Shown here piece by piece: positions 18,761 to 29,232 of a DNA stretch of 64,000 nt. Below the pieces are notes generated by a model, which saw only the letters and a list, made by a program, of their open reading frames with translations, was not told the DNA's origin and did not search any database. Position numbers and translations under genes: made by a program. Numbering within the stretch: position 1 is the first letter of the stretch; each line of letters begins with the position of its first letter. Source of the stretch: an uncultured Lentimicrobiaceae bacterium (GTDB lineage: Bacteria; Bacteroidota; Bacteroidia; Bacteroidales; F082); assembly GCA_964592595.1 (NCBI GenBank), contig CAZQFH010000006.1:3919-67918 (forward strand). The letters are read 5' to 3'.

Positions 18761-19231
18761 ATGTGGACAATAATTATTACCCTTATATTGGTTGGCTTGC
18801 TGATGATTCTTCTCGAAATACTTGTTATCCCTGGTATGGGCATAGCTGGTATTCTGGGTTTTGCGCTTATGGCAGTGTCAGTATTCCTGAGTTATTCAAG
18901 GCTTGGAACACCACAAGGTCATTACGTTTTGGCTGGTACAATAGTTTTAAATCTTTCATTTTTAGCACTTGCATTGCGGTCAAAAACCTGGAATCGCTTG
19001 ATGCTAAATAAGAATGTGGATAGCCGGGTTAATCTTTTTGATGAATCTGGTATAAAAGTTGGCGATCAGGGAACTACAATCAGTCGTTGTACGCCCGGAG
19101 GAAAAGCTTTAATCAATAATGAATTTTACGAGGTTCATGCTCGTTCAGAATTTATCGATGAGGATGAACCTATTGAAGTAATAAAAGTAGAACATAATAA
19201 AATCTTTGTTAAACATATAAAAAACAATTAA
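18761..19231 (+). CDS. NfeD family membrane protein
   Basis: Two or three N-terminal TM helices plus a C-terminal OB-like soluble domain. It lies directly upstream of an SPFH/flotillin gene, the classical NfeD arrangement. Confidence 0.75.
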   Translation: MWTIIITLILVGLLMILLEILVIPGMGIAGILGFALMAVSVFLSYSRLGTPQGHYVLAGTIVLNLSFLALALRSKTWNRLMLNKNVDSRVNLFDESGIKVGDQGTTISRCTPGGKALINNEFYEVHARSEFIDEDEPIEVIKVEHNKIFVKHIKNN

Positions 19232-19233
19232 TT

Positions 19234-20244
19234 ATGAATGACCTGTATGTTCTGATTGCCATTGGTTTGGGAGCACTTTTCCTGATTTGGTTCTTATTTT
19301 ATTTCATACCAGTTGGATTGTGGTTTACCGCTTTGGTATCAGGAGTTAGAATTTCATTACTCCAGCTTATTTTGATGCGCTGGCGTAAAGTTCCGCCATC
19401 AGTAATTGTAAACAGCCTTATCGCTGCCACAAAAGCGGGGATAAAACTTGAACGTGACGATCTGGAAGCTCACTTTCTGGCCGGAGGTCGGGTGCAAAAA
19501 GTTGTTAATTCGCTTATCTCTGCCGATAAAGCTAACATGGATCTTAACTTTAAAACTGCCACTGCAATTGATCTGGCTGGACGTGACGTATTTGAAGCGG
19601 TGCAAATGTCAGTAAATCCTAAAGTTATTGATACCAAGAAGGTTGCTGCGGTTGCAAAAGACGGAATTCAGCTGATCGCCTTGGCCAGGGTAACGGTACG
19701 CGCTAATATCCGGCAATTGGTGGGTGGTGCCGGTGAAGAAACGATACTCGCGCGTGTTGGCGAAGGAATTGTTTCATCGATTGGCTCTGCTGACTCGCAT
19801 AAACAAGTACTTGAAAATCCCGATTCTATTTCAAAAGTTGTGTTAAAGAAAGGACTTGACTCGGGTACTGCCTTCGAAATCTTGTCTATCGATATCGCCG
19901 ATATCGACATAGGCAAAAATATCGGTGCAGTGCTTCAAATGGATCAAGCCAATGCTGATAAAAATATTGCACAAGCCAAGGCAGAAGAAAGACGTGCTAT
20001 GGCGGTGGCTCAGGAACAAGAGATGCGTGCTAAAGCACAAGAAGCCCGTGCCAATGTGATACAAGCCGAAGCGCTTATCCCACAGGCAATTGCAGATGCA
20101 TTTAGTAAAGGAAATCTTGGAATTATGGATTACTATAAATTCCAGAATATCCAGGCAGATACCAAAATGCGTGATTCCATTTCGGATCCTTCAAATCAGC
20201 ATCTGGGCGGTGGAAGTAAAGACAATCCGAAAGAAAATAAATAA
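19234..20244 (+). CDS. floA: flotillin-like protein FloA (UPF0365 / SPFH family)
   Basis: 336 aa; N-terminal TM, then [26 protein letters not shown] and an A/E/Q-rich coiled coil, typical of FloA/YqfA. Confidence 0.8.
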   Translation: MNDLYVLIAIGLGALFLIWFLFYFIPVGLWFTALVSGVRISLLQLILMRWRKVPPSVIVNSLIAATKAGIKLERDDLEAHFLAGGRVQKVVNSLISADKANMDLNFKTATAIDLAGRDVFEAVQMSVNPKVIDTKKVAAVAKDGIQLIALARVTVRANIRQLVGGAGEETILARVGEGIVSSIGSADSHKQVLENPDSISKVVLKKGLDSGTAFEILSIDIADIDIGKNIGAVLQMDQANADKNIAQAKAEERRAMAVAQEQEMRAKAQEARANVIQAEALIPQAIADAFSKGNLGIMDYYKFQNIQADTKMRDSISDPSNQHLGGGSKDNPKENK

Positions 20245-20259
20245 TTCCTGATTTTCATA

Positions 20260-20294
20260 AGTATTCCCTGTTCCTTTGAATGGGGAATACTTTT
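20260..20294 (+). terminator. possible weak terminator after floA
   Basis: AGTATTCCC-(14 nt)-GGGAATACT hairpin followed by only TTT. Confidence 0.3.
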
Positions 20295-20319
20295 AAACCA
20301 TATAATTCCTTCTAATACC

Positions 20320-22521
20320 TTGTTGAATAAAAAAGAAAATCAACAAATTGCAGCAGCTTACGAAAAGCTCAAGACTTTACTTATTTCCACTACGGAGAAA
20401 GAACGGATGCTATGTGCAGATGAGGCTTTCAACCTAGTCAGTGGACTTTATGAAACCAAGCGAATGCCCTCTGGTAAACCTTATATCCTGCATCTGTGTG
20501 AGCTTGCACTGATAGTAGTAGAAGAATTGGGAATGGGAAGCACTACAGTGATGGCAGCTTTTTTGCATGGCACAGATCAGAAAACAACGCTAAATCTTCA
20601 ACAAATTGAGTCACAGTTCGGCAGCAGTGTTGCTTTGATAATCGAAGGCTTTAACAAGGTTTCGAGCCTGCAAACAGAAAGGCTGTCGTTTCAATCTGAT
20701 AATTTCAGAAAGCTATTTCTTAGCCTGATAGAAGACATCCGTGTGATTTTGCTTAAAATAGCACATCGACTCTATGACCTCAGAAATCCAGAAGACGCTG
20801 TAGCAGAGCGACTTGAAATCTATTATCACGAAGTGAAACACCTTTACATTCCGATTGCTCATCGCCTCGGGTTATATTTAATCAAGGCTGAGTTTGAAGA
20901 AAGGGTGATGCGTTTTGAGCATCCTGATACCTATCAGGTTATCAGTGAAAAGATTGCTGCTACTAAGGCAAAACAGGAAGTTTTGATGGAGGAATTTATT
21001 CAACCTATTCAACGTGAATTACTCGCACAACGCTTCGATTGCACTATAAAATGGAGGACTAAATCCATTCCTTCCATTTATGCTAAGATGAAGGCTCAAA
21101 ATGTTGACTTTGAACAAGTTTATGATATTTTTGCTATTCGTATAATTAGTAAAAGTCCTATCAAAAAAGAAAAGGAAGATTGTTGGCGAATCTATTCAAT
21201 AGTCACAGATTTATACCCACCTAATCCAAAGCGGTTGCGCGATTGGATCACAACGCCAAAGGCCTCCGGATATGAATCATTGCATACAACGGTTCAAATG
21301 GCCGATGGAAAATGGGTTGAAGTGCAAATACGCTCTGAACGGATGGATGAGATTGCCGAAAAAGGGCAGGCTGCTCACTGGCAATACAAGGACTCATCCG
21401 GAAAAATGGATACAGAAGAATGGTTGAATCAGGTTAGAGATATCCTCGAAAATCCGGGACAGCTCAATTTTGATTATACCTATCGCAACAGTAATAAATA
21501 TCAATCCGATAAAATATTCATTTTCACACCTAATGGCGACCTGAAACAATTGCCAAAAGGAGCTACGGTGCTTGATTTTGCTTATGAGGTTCACACACAA
21601 GTTGGGGCAACTTGCAATGGGGCGCGTGTAAACAACCGGATTGTTCCGATCAGACATGAGCTACAGAATGGCGATAAGGTAGAAATCATAACCAAAAAAA
21701 AACAAAGTCCAAAAACGGATTGGTTGAACTTTGTTATCACTGAACGTGCAAGGTCAAAAATAAAGCGATTTCTGCGGGAAGAGGAGCTTAAGGAAGCTGA
21801 AATTGGTAAGGCTATGCTGTTCAGAAAATTAAAAAACTGGAAAATCACCAATTTTGATGAAGTAGTTAATAATCTTGTAAAACATTATAAAACAGCTTCA
21901 TCTATTGAACTTTATCATGGCATCGCTACAGATAAAATTGATTTGATTGGGGTTAAAAATTTTTTACAGGAAGAAGTTATTCCACCGATAAAACTGAGTG
22001 CTGATTCAAAGGATGCTCAAGCAGAAGAAACAAAAAAACAAACCGGTGTTCAACAAAAGAATGATTACCTGATCATTGATGATACAATCAGCAATGTGAA
22101 TTACCGTTTAGCTAAATGTTGCAACCCTATTCCTGGCGATAGCGTTTTTGGATTTGTTACAATAGGAGGGGGGATCACAATTCACCGGACGACCTGCCCA
22201 AATTCAAAGCGCCTCAAAGAAAACTATCCTTATCGTATTATGCAGGTAAGGTGGAAGGATGCTTTTGATAGTCCTGGTTTCCAAACGGCACTGCGAATTG
22301 GAGGAAAGGATACACTCGGTTTGGTTGGCGAAATCACGAAGGTGATCAGTAATGACATGAAAGTAAATATGAGAAGTATTTCATTTGATACGCGCGACGG
22401 CCATTTCGATGGAAGATTGGTTCTTCAGATCAAGGATACTGATCATTTAGAGCAGCTTATCTACCGATTAGGAAAGATAGGAGGAATAGAACGTGTGCAA
22501 CGCGTAGATCAATTTAAATAA
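20320..22521 (+). CDS. bifunctional (p)ppGpp synthetase/hydrolase, RelA/SpoT family
   Basis: 733 aa with HD domain, synthetase region (YESLHTTV, VEVQIRSERMDEIAEKGQAAHWQYK), TGS (IFIFTPNGDLKQLPKGATVLDFAY) and C-terminal ACT. TTG start; no upstream ATG. Confidence 0.9.
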   Translation: MLNKKENQQIAAAYEKLKTLLISTTEKERMLCADEAFNLVSGLYETKRMPSGKPYILHLCELALIVVEELGMGSTTVMAAFLHGTDQKTTLNLQQIESQFGSSVALIIEGFNKVSSLQTERLSFQSDNFRKLFLSLIEDIRVILLKIAHRLYDLRNPEDAVAERLEIYYHEVKHLYIPIAHRLGLYLIKAEFEERVMRFEHPDTYQVISEKIAATKAKQEVLMEEFIQPIQRELLAQRFDCTIKWRTKSIPSIYAKMKAQNVDFEQVYDIFAIRIISKSPIKKEKEDCWRIYSIVTDLYPPNPKRLRDWITTPKASGYESLHTTVQMADGKWVEVQIRSERMDEIAEKGQAAHWQYKDSSGKMDTEEWLNQVRDILENPGQLNFDYTYRNSNKYQSDKIFIFTPNGDLKQLPKGATVLDFAYEVHTQVGATCNGARVNNRIVPIRHELQNGDKVEIITKKKQSPKTDWLNFVITERARSKIKRFLREEELKEAEIGKAMLFRKLKNWKITNFDEVVNNLVKHYKTASSIELYHGIATDKIDLIGVKNFLQEEVIPPIKLSADSKDAQAEETKKQTGVQQKNDYLIIDDTISNVNYRLAKCCNPIPGDSVFGFVTIGGGITIHRTTCPNSKRLKENYPYRIMQVRWKDAFDSPGFQTALRIGGKDTLGLVGEITKVISNDMKVNMRSISFDTRDGHFDGRLVLQIKDTDHLEQLIYRLGKIGGIERVQRVDQFK

Positions 22522-22529
22522 TTAAAAAA

Positions 22530-22697
22530 ATGATAATACAGCTTTTAATTCTTGCGTTTTTGTTTTTTGGTTTGGCAACCTGGTTTTTTGTGAAACATAA
22601 AAAAGTTCTTGGATTTACGTTTGCTGCAATAGGAATAATGGCCTTATTACTATTTTTTGTTGTGCGCTACCTCTTTCCCCATGCGGTTCCCTTCTGA
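22530..22697 (+). CDS. possible small two-TM membrane protein (55 aa, below the ORF-track cutoff)
   Basis: ATG 9 nt after the relA/spoT stop. MIIQLLILAFLFFGLATWFFVKHKKVLGFTFAAIGIMALLLFFVVRYLFPHAVPF has two clean hydrophobic helices separated by a KHKK loop. Confidence 0.35.
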   Translation: MIIQLLILAFLFFGLATWFFVKHKKVLGFTFAAIGIMALLLFFVVRYLFPHAVPF

Positions 22698-22713
22698 TCT
22701 AAATGTTATTTTA

Positions 22714-24192
22714 TCAGGCCAATTCGAACCATTTTTCAACCCAAACGGTCTTATCTTCAGGCTCACCGCGATGCCTGAATTCATTTGTAAAGCGATTATA
22801 TACATAATCATTTCCCCATGCTTTGGCGTTGCTGGCAATTTGTGAAACCGCTTCAATCAAAAAATCCAATTCGGCACATGTCATTGTTGGATGCAAAGAA
22901 GCCCTGATCCATCCGGGCTTTTGAGATAAATCACCATGGTTAATTAAATCAGTGATTTGCTTGCTCTTATCATGACTTACATCAAGTAAATAATGCCCAT
23001 AAGTTCCAGCACAGGCACAGCCTCCCCGCACCTGTATGCCAAATCTGTCGTTCAAGAGCTTTACAACTAGGTTGAAGTGAATGTTATCGATATAAAATGA
23101 CAAAACGCCCAATCGATCCGCTACATTCTCGGCCAAGATATGAACGCCTGGAATTTTCCTGAACGCTTCAAAAACTTTTGCAACCAATTGATATTCTCTT
23201 TCTCGAATTTTTGTAGTACCCATTTGGTTCTTCACCTCGATAGCAAGTGCTGTGCGTATTGCCTGCATAAAACCAGGTGTTCCGCCATCTTCGCGAAGTT
23301 CAATGTCGTCAATGTATTTGTATTCTCCCCAAGGATTTGTCCAATCAACTGTTCCTCCTCCAGGATGATCGGGCGTAGCATTTTTGTACAAACTGCTGTC
23401 GAAAATCATCACGCCAGAGCTTCCAGGGCCACCTAAAAATTTATGAGGACTAAAAAAAATGGCATCCAGCTTTTTCATTTCATCATCTGCCGGATGCATA
23501 TCAATATCAACGTATGGTGCAGATGCAGCAAAATCGATAAAGGCAGTGCCACCGTATTCGTGCATGATTTTTGCCATCTCGTGATAAGGCGTTTCAATGC
23601 CAGTTACATTGGAACATGCTGTAAATGCTCCAATTTTAAATGGTCTTTCTTTGTGTTTTTTAAGTTGTTCACGAAGTTCGTCTAAGTCAACAAGGAGGTC
23701 TTTAGTAGGTTTTAAAACCACCACATCCACGTTGGTTTCTATCCAGCTGGTATGATTAGAATGATGTTCCATGTGAGTAATAAAAACGACCGGTCTATCC
23801 TGTTTCTTTTGGTTACATTCTCCTTTATTCAGCAAGCCACAACTTTTTAGACCCATGATGCGCTGAAGTTTATTAACTACGGTAGTCATTCCCGATCCCG
23901 CAGTGATTATCACGTCTTTTGGACCAGCATTGACATGTTGTTTGATTTTTTTGTGCGCCAAATGGTAGGCTTTTGTCATCAATGTGCCTGTTTCACTGGT
24001 TTCGGTATGGGTATTACCTACATAGGGTCCAAAAACATTCAGCAATTGATCTTCAATAGGGCGATATAATCTTCCGCTGGCGATCCAGTCAGCATAAATC
24101 ATTTTCTGTTGTCCAAAAGGCGTTTTAAAAATGAGTTCGTTTCCTATTGTTTTTGTTCTAAAAGATTCAAAGTGCTGTTCCAGTGGGTTCAT
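22714..24192 (-). CDS. aminotransferase class V-fold PLP-dependent enzyme (cysteine desulfurase-like family)
   Basis: 492 aa; PLP-lysine context FFSPHKFLGGPGSSGV; HHSNH and GGCACAG motifs of the family. Confidence 0.75.
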   Translation of the reverse strand: MNPLEQHFESFRTKTIGNELIFKTPFGQQKMIYADWIASGRLYRPIEDQLLNVFGPYVGNTHTETSETGTLMTKAYHLAHKKIKQHVNAGPKDVIITAGSGMTTVVNKLQRIMGLKSCGLLNKGECNQKKQDRPVVFITHMEHHSNHTSWIETNVDVVVLKPTKDLLVDLDELREQLKKHKERPFKIGAFTACSNVTGIETPYHEMAKIMHEYGGTAFIDFAASAPYVDIDMHPADDEMKKLDAIFFSPHKFLGGPGSSGVMIFDSSLYKNATPDHPGGGTVDWTNPWGEYKYIDDIELREDGGTPGFMQAIRTALAIEVKNQMGTTKIREREYQLVAKVFEAFRKIPGVHILAENVADRLGVLSFYIDNIHFNLVVKLLNDRFGIQVRGGCACAGTYGHYLLDVSHDKSKQITDLINHGDLSQKPGWIRASLHPTMTCAELDFLIEAVSQIASNAKAWGNDYVYNRFTNEFRHRGEPEDKTVWVEKWFELA

Positions 24193-24314
24193 AAGTATTT
24201 TTGGTTAGGATGATCCAGTTATCTTAAGACAACCTTAAAAGGCAATTGGTTTTCAGATAATGAAAAATGGTAGTCAATAAAAATAGGGATTTCTTACAAA
24301 CGAAAATCAAAGAA

Positions 24315-27176
24315 TTAGAAACCTCTTGAAATCTGCGCAATACCAAGTTCTATTTCACCATTTTCGGGCAGTACCTCTATCCAGTTATTATCTTCACTAA
24401 ACCATTTATATTGCGAACCTATCCTCACAACGAAATCGTGCCATTCACCATCATCAGGAATAGGAAGGACAAATCCGCCATTTCGGCCGGTAGAACTACC
24501 GAAACCCACAATTAGCGGGAAGCCTTTAGTGCCGTTATTTCTGGCTTTAATCAAGATATAGTTTGTTCTTCTTTCGGCAATATTTACAGGTTCAAACGAA
24601 AACCTTTTGGCTTGTCCTGCGCTCACTACTAAAGGATTAAGGTTAAGCTCAACAAGCATGTTTTCCTGAATTTGTCTGGTAATTGATGCAATCATTTCGG
24701 CAGGGTAGGGGGCTCCTGTTTTTAGCTGTTCAGCTTTTGTATATTGCTCAATGGCTTTATCGTAAGTTTTTGCTTTATAGTGTTGGTCAGCTTCGCGTAT
24801 CAGCTTGTTATAGGTTGTTCGCAGCTTCATCATTTCAGCTTCAAGGAGTTCCTCTGCTGATTTAATCTTTGTATCAGCTACCGGGTTGTCTGGTTGTATT
24901 CCTTTGGCTCGTTTATATTGTTCCACGGCCTCGGCATAAGATTTAGACTCCATAAATTCGTCACCGGCAACGATAGCTTCGTTAAAACGTTGCATGCGTT
25001 CTTCAGTCTCTGCTTGAATGGCTGACTGCGCCAATTCAATTCTTTCCATTGCATGAGGCTGATTGGCTTCCAGACTCAGGATTTCATTATATCTTTGAAT
25101 TGCCTCTTGCCACTGCTTAGCATCAAAAGCTTCATCAGCAGTTTTTTGTAGGTTGATTATACGGGCTTCAAGCTCAGCAGCTTCCTCAATTTCCTTAAGT
25201 TTTAAATCAATAGCATTGAGTTGAGTTGCGATACGATCGTTTCCCGGTTTTAGGCTTTCGGCTTTCTGGTAGGCTGTGCGTGCCTCATTCCAATTAGCTT
25301 GTGCAAATAAGCTGTCTGCGGATTTGAGTTTTTTAGCAAATGCTTCCTCCAGTGCTTCCGCTTCAGCCATTTCGGCAAGCATTGCCTCTGCTATGGCCAA
25401 TTGGTTTTTGGGATGAGCTTCGTTTGGTTTGAGGGCAAGTGCAGCTTCATAAGCAGTTTTCGCTTCTACTGCCTTACCAGAAGTTATTGCCTCATCTCCG
25501 GAATTTATTAATGAAATATACTGTTGCTCAAGTGCTTCAGCTTCAGCAAGGGTTTCTAATTTATTATTGATAAGCAAGATTTGCTCTTTTGGATAACTTC
25601 TGTCTTCAAATAGTTTGGAGGCCTCATTGTAACTTGCAAGTGCTTGCTGCAATTGGTTTTGTGCCAGGGCTTCATCTGCGTTTAGGATTACATTTTCATA
25701 ATCATTCTCGCGCTTTTGCATGGCTTCTTTTTCGCCAAGCAAGCTAATGATTTCGCCCATTTTAGAATCGATATTATTTTGATCCGGTTTAATGGCTGCA
25801 GCTTGCTGATAATAATCCAAAGCCTGAGGCAATTCTTCATTGGCATAAGCTTCTGCTGCGAGCGTAATCAATCTGTTATATTCATTTTCTTGTTCGGCTT
25901 CGGCTTCAGCCAGGGCAATCATTTGGTCGATTCGTTGAATCATTCGTTGAGGCTCAGGCTCAGAAGGCTTGATATTGAAAGCCTCAACATACTTGTCACG
26001 AGCTCCGCGAAGTTCTTTTTGTTCAAGCAAAGCAGCTGCTGTTTCTAATACTTTAAGATAGTTTTGGTCGCGTAACTGGTCTTGCAACGCTGCAATTTTT
26101 GATTGGGCCACCTCATCGGCAGGCTTTATTGCAAGCGCCTTTTCATAGGATTTGATGGCGTTTCTATAATCTGACTGCGATTCAAAATTACCGGCTTCTG
26201 CCATTGCAGCATTATATTCCTGCTGTGCCAGGTAATCATCACTTTGCAGGGTTTCATCTATCCGTCGGATCATATCTTCTGCATAAGCTTCTCCGGGTTG
26301 AATAGCCAGCGCTTCAACGTATTTTGCTCTTGCTTGCTCAAAACTTTTACTGCCGTAAAGTCGGTCGGCAACCTCCAGCGTACTGTTGAATAAATTGAAT
26401 TGTTCTGCCTGCTTTTGCGTATCTGTCAACAGTTCCTGAAGATCAGCATTCTCAGGAAGAAGTTCAAGAGCTTCCTGAATTTTTGTCAACGCTTCATCGA
26501 AGTTTTTCCGAAGAATAAAATTTTGTGCTTCAGCAGTTAGTTGAGTAGCTTTAGTTTCACGGACTTTTCTTTGTTCAAGAAGTTTGGTGGCATTAGCTTT
26601 TAAATCTGCTGGTTCTTTTTGGGCGGGATACAAGGCTATTGCCTGATCAAATTGCAAAATTGCGGCTTCATAATTTCCTTCATCAACTAATGTGTTTCCT
26701 AAATTAAGCGCTTGATTATAATCCGCAAATTTTTGTGCTTCCTCTTCAAGTGTTTTATTGATTCCATCGAGTTGCGCGCGGGTGTATTTGTCATCCGGAA
26801 ATATATTCAGGGCTTGTTCATAGGCTGTTTTTGCTTCTTGAAGCTTATTTTCAGCCAGCAAGCGATCGCCTAAATCCAGCCGAAGATAGAATGTTTCTTG
26901 CTTTTCCATCTGACCTTTGATTTGCTCCACTGTCTCATTGAGTTTTTGCTGGGCAAGCGGGTCGTCTTGTTTCTTTTGAAGTGCCATTTCAAAGTAGGTT
27001 TTAGCACTGATAAAGTCACCTGCTTCGTATTTTGCGCTACCCGACTGCATGAGTGATTCAAAGGATTGACTCAACTCCTGTGCTTCGAGTGGTAAATTGC
27101 TTATGGTTAAGGATAGTGCGAGTAAGAGGGTGAAAATCTGCCTGATCATTGCTACCTTGGATTTAACGAATGTCAT
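24315..27176 (-). CDS. secreted TPR-like repeat protein (about 14 repeats) with a non-repeat C-terminal domain
   Basis: Signal peptide ending LEAQ. 14 periodic units contain A..Y..A....P motifs (e.g. AKTAYEQALNIFPDD, ARAKYVEALAIQPGE, AKTAYEAALALKPNE). The last 130 aa or so are non-repetitive. An alternative ATG is at 27149. Confidence 0.75.
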   Translation of the reverse strand: MTFVKSKVAMIRQIFTLLLALSLTISNLPLEAQELSQSFESLMQSGSAKYEAGDFISAKTYFEMALQKKQDDPLAQQKLNETVEQIKGQMEKQETFYLRLDLGDRLLAENKLQEAKTAYEQALNIFPDDKYTRAQLDGINKTLEEEAQKFADYNQALNLGNTLVDEGNYEAAILQFDQAIALYPAQKEPADLKANATKLLEQRKVRETKATQLTAEAQNFILRKNFDEALTKIQEALELLPENADLQELLTDTQKQAEQFNLFNSTLEVADRLYGSKSFEQARAKYVEALAIQPGEAYAEDMIRRIDETLQSDDYLAQQEYNAAMAEAGNFESQSDYRNAIKSYEKALAIKPADEVAQSKIAALQDQLRDQNYLKVLETAAALLEQKELRGARDKYVEAFNIKPSEPEPQRMIQRIDQMIALAEAEAEQENEYNRLITLAAEAYANEELPQALDYYQQAAAIKPDQNNIDSKMGEIISLLGEKEAMQKRENDYENVILNADEALAQNQLQQALASYNEASKLFEDRSYPKEQILLINNKLETLAEAEALEQQYISLINSGDEAITSGKAVEAKTAYEAALALKPNEAHPKNQLAIAEAMLAEMAEAEALEEAFAKKLKSADSLFAQANWNEARTAYQKAESLKPGNDRIATQLNAIDLKLKEIEEAAELEARIINLQKTADEAFDAKQWQEAIQRYNEILSLEANQPHAMERIELAQSAIQAETEERMQRFNEAIVAGDEFMESKSYAEAVEQYKRAKGIQPDNPVADTKIKSAEELLEAEMMKLRTTYNKLIREADQHYKAKTYDKAIEQYTKAEQLKTGAPYPAEMIASITRQIQENMLVELNLNPLVVSAGQAKRFSFEPVNIAERRTNYILIKARNNGTKGFPLIVGFGSSTGRNGGFVLPIPDDGEWHDFVVRIGSQYKWFSEDNNWIEVLPENGEIELGIAQISRGF

Positions 27177-27184
27177 TGAAACGG

Positions 27185-27865
27185 TTAAGTTGTTGTATTA
27201 TTGTTTGCTTGTGGTTGTTGCCAAATGCCATCTGAAAGGGTATAACTTCGATCGGCCATACCTGCTAATTCGGGATTGTGCGTGACGATTACAAAAGTTT
27301 GATTGAACTGATCACGCAGCTCAAAAAATAACTGATGAAGTTGTGTGGCTGCTGTGCTGTCGAGGTTTCCGGATGGTTCATCCGCAAGCACAACCGAAGG
27401 ATTATTGATTAAAGCCCTGGCAACTGCAATACGCTGTTGTTCTCCACCCGACAAAGCTGCAGGCTTGTGATCTGCACGTTGCTCGAGCTTCAGCAATTTG
27501 AGCAAATGCATCGCGGCCTCAGTGGCAGCTTTTCGGCTCTTACCACCTATAAAAGCTGGGATACAAATATTTTCGAGGGCTGTAAATTCCGGGAAAAGAT
27601 GGTGGAACTGAAAAACAAAACCAATTTGATCGTTGCGAAATTTTGCAAGTGCTTTTTGCGAAAGTTTGCTTACCTCTGTATCACCTATTAGCAGCTTTCC
27701 GCTATCAGGAGATTCTATTGTTCCCAATATTTGCAAAAAAGTAGATTTGCCAGCACCCGAAGGCCCCATAATACTGACGACTTCACCCTGATTTATTTTT
27801 AAATCAAGGCCTTTGAGGACTTCCAATTTTCCGAATGATTTGCTTATCTGAATGGCTTCAATCAT
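27185..27865 (-). CDS. ABC transporter ATP-binding protein, LolD-like
   Basis: Walker [10 protein letters not shown], LolD-type [17 protein letters not shown], signature LSGGEQQR, Walker B VLADEP. ATG 27865 ([11 protein letters not shown]) is preferred over 27901. Confidence 0.85.
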   Translation of the reverse strand: MIEAIQISKSFGKLEVLKGLDLKINQGEVVSIMGPSGAGKSTFLQILGTIESPDSGKLLIGDTEVSKLSQKALAKFRNDQIGFVFQFHHLFPEFTALENICIPAFIGGKSRKAATEAAMHLLKLLKLEQRADHKPAALSGGEQQRIAVARALINNPSVVLADEPSGNLDSTAATQLHQLFFELRDQFNQTFVIVTHNPELAGMADRSYTLSDGIWQQPQANNNTTT

Positions 27866-27994
27866 GGGCTGTTGAATTGTTGGCAAAAATAAGGATTTCA
27901 AACAGATAGTTACAGCTTTTTAATTTTAGCATCAGATTTATGGATATGTTTAATAATTTGACATTTTTATGACGGTCTTTTCGCTAAATAGTCC

Positions 27995-28002
27995 TAATTT
28001 TG
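27995..28002 (+). promoter_or_regulatory. Bacteroidota-type -7 promoter box
   Basis: TAATTTTG overlaps the ORF-track TTG start at 28000, which supports ATG 28039 as the real sucC start. Confidence 0.45.
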
Positions 28003-28038
28003 GACTTCAATAAAAATAATCAAAATTTCTGTTGCATT

Positions 28039-29232
28039 ATGAATTTACATGAGTTTCAGGGTAAGCAAATATTAAGCGGATACGGCGTATCTGTTCCATT
28101 GGGTATTGTTGCTGATTCACCGGCCAAAGCAGTGGAAGCTGCAAAGGAGATCCAGAAAAAAACGGGTTCTGATCGTTGGGCTGTAAAAGCACAAATTCAT
28201 GCCGGAGGACGTGGAAAAGGCGGTGGTGTTAAAATTGCCAAATCCCTTGAAGAAGTTGAAAAATATGCTGATCAAATTATCGGGATGATGCTGGTAACGC
28301 CACAAACCAGTGCTGAGGGAAAGTTTGTTCGCCGTGTTTTGATCGAGCAGAATATTTATTATCCCGGTCCGTCCGAAGTGAAGGAATATTACGTGAGTAT
28401 GTTGCTCAATCGCGCTGCAGGCCGCCATATGATTATGTATTCACCACGCGGCGGGATGGATATTGAAAAAGTGGCTGAAGAAACGCCTGATCAAATTTTT
28501 ACAGAAGAAATAAATCCTACGACAGGCTTGCAAGGTTTTCAGGCCAGGCAAATTGCGTTTAATCTGGGCCTCAGCGGAACAGCATTTAAAGAAATGCAGA
28601 AGTTTATCAAAGCCTTGTTTGATGCCTACGTAGGAAGCGACGCCAGCTTATTTGAGATTAATCCGGTAATTAAAGCTGCCGACGATCGCATTTATGCAGC
28701 TGATGCCAAAGTTGTGATCGACAATAATGCCCTTTTCCGTCATACGGATATTGCCGAAATGCGCGATCTACATGAAGAGGATCCTATCGAAGTGGAAGCC
28801 AGCCGTTTCGACCTGAATTATGTGAAACTGGATGGAAATGTAGGATGTATGGTTAATGGCGCAGGTCTTGCTATGGCTACAATGGATTTAATTAAAATGT
28901 ACGGAGGCGAACCGGCAAACTTCCTGGATGTGGGGGGTACAGCCAACGCTAAACGTGTTGAAGAAGCTTTTAGAATTATTCTGAAAGATCCTAACGTAAA
29001 GGCGATTTTAGTTAATATTTTTGGTGGAATTGTGCGTTGCGATCGTGTCGCTCAAGGTATTGTGGATGCGTATCACAATATTGGTGAGATAAAAGTGCCT
29101 ATCATTGTAAGGTTACAAGGAACTAATGCTGAAGAAGGTAAAGAATTAATTGATAAATCTGGCTTAAAGGTTTATTCTGCCATTAAATTGGAAGATGCTG
29201 CCGGCTTGGTGAATGAAGTTTTGAAAAACTAA
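28039..29232 (+). CDS. sucC: ADP-forming succinate--CoA ligase subunit beta
   Basis: [12 protein letters not shown]..., [41 protein letters not shown]. Confidence 0.92.
   Translation: MNLHEFQGKQILSGYGVSVPLGIVADSPAKAVEAAKEIQKKTGSDRWAVKAQIHAGGRGKGGGVKIAKSLEEVEKYADQIIGMMLVTPQTSAEGKFVRRVLIEQNIYYPGPSEVKEYYVSMLLNRAAGRHMIMYSPRGGMDIEKVAEETPDQIFTEEINPTTGLQGFQARQIAFNLGLSGTAFKEMQKFIKALFDAYVGSDASLFEINPVIKAADDRIYAADAKVVIDNNALFRHTDIAEMRDLHEEDPIEVEASRFDLNYVKLDGNVGCMVNGAGLAMATMDLIKMYGGEPANFLDVGGTANAKRVEEAFRIILKDPNVKAILVNIFGGIVRCDRVAQGIVDAYHNIGEIKVPIIVRLQGTNAEEGKELIDKSGLKVYSAIKLEDAAGLVNEVLKN

Noticed and set aside
18751-19011. ORF 18751-19011 and many other 60-140-aa ORFs nested in or antisense to long genes (e.g. 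437-700, 1848-2249, 15795-16157, 25716-26048, 44008-44277, 44510-44929, 47993-48502, 62079-62375)
   Set aside because: They overlap strongly supported CDSs in other frames. They have low-complexity or Cys/Arg/Leu-rich compositions typical of antisense translation, and they lack recognisable motifs or promoter boxes.
28039-29232. sucC without an adjacent sucD as an anomaly
   Set aside because: From memory, separated sucC and sucD genes are common in Bacteroidota. The gene itself is intact with its own promoter box.
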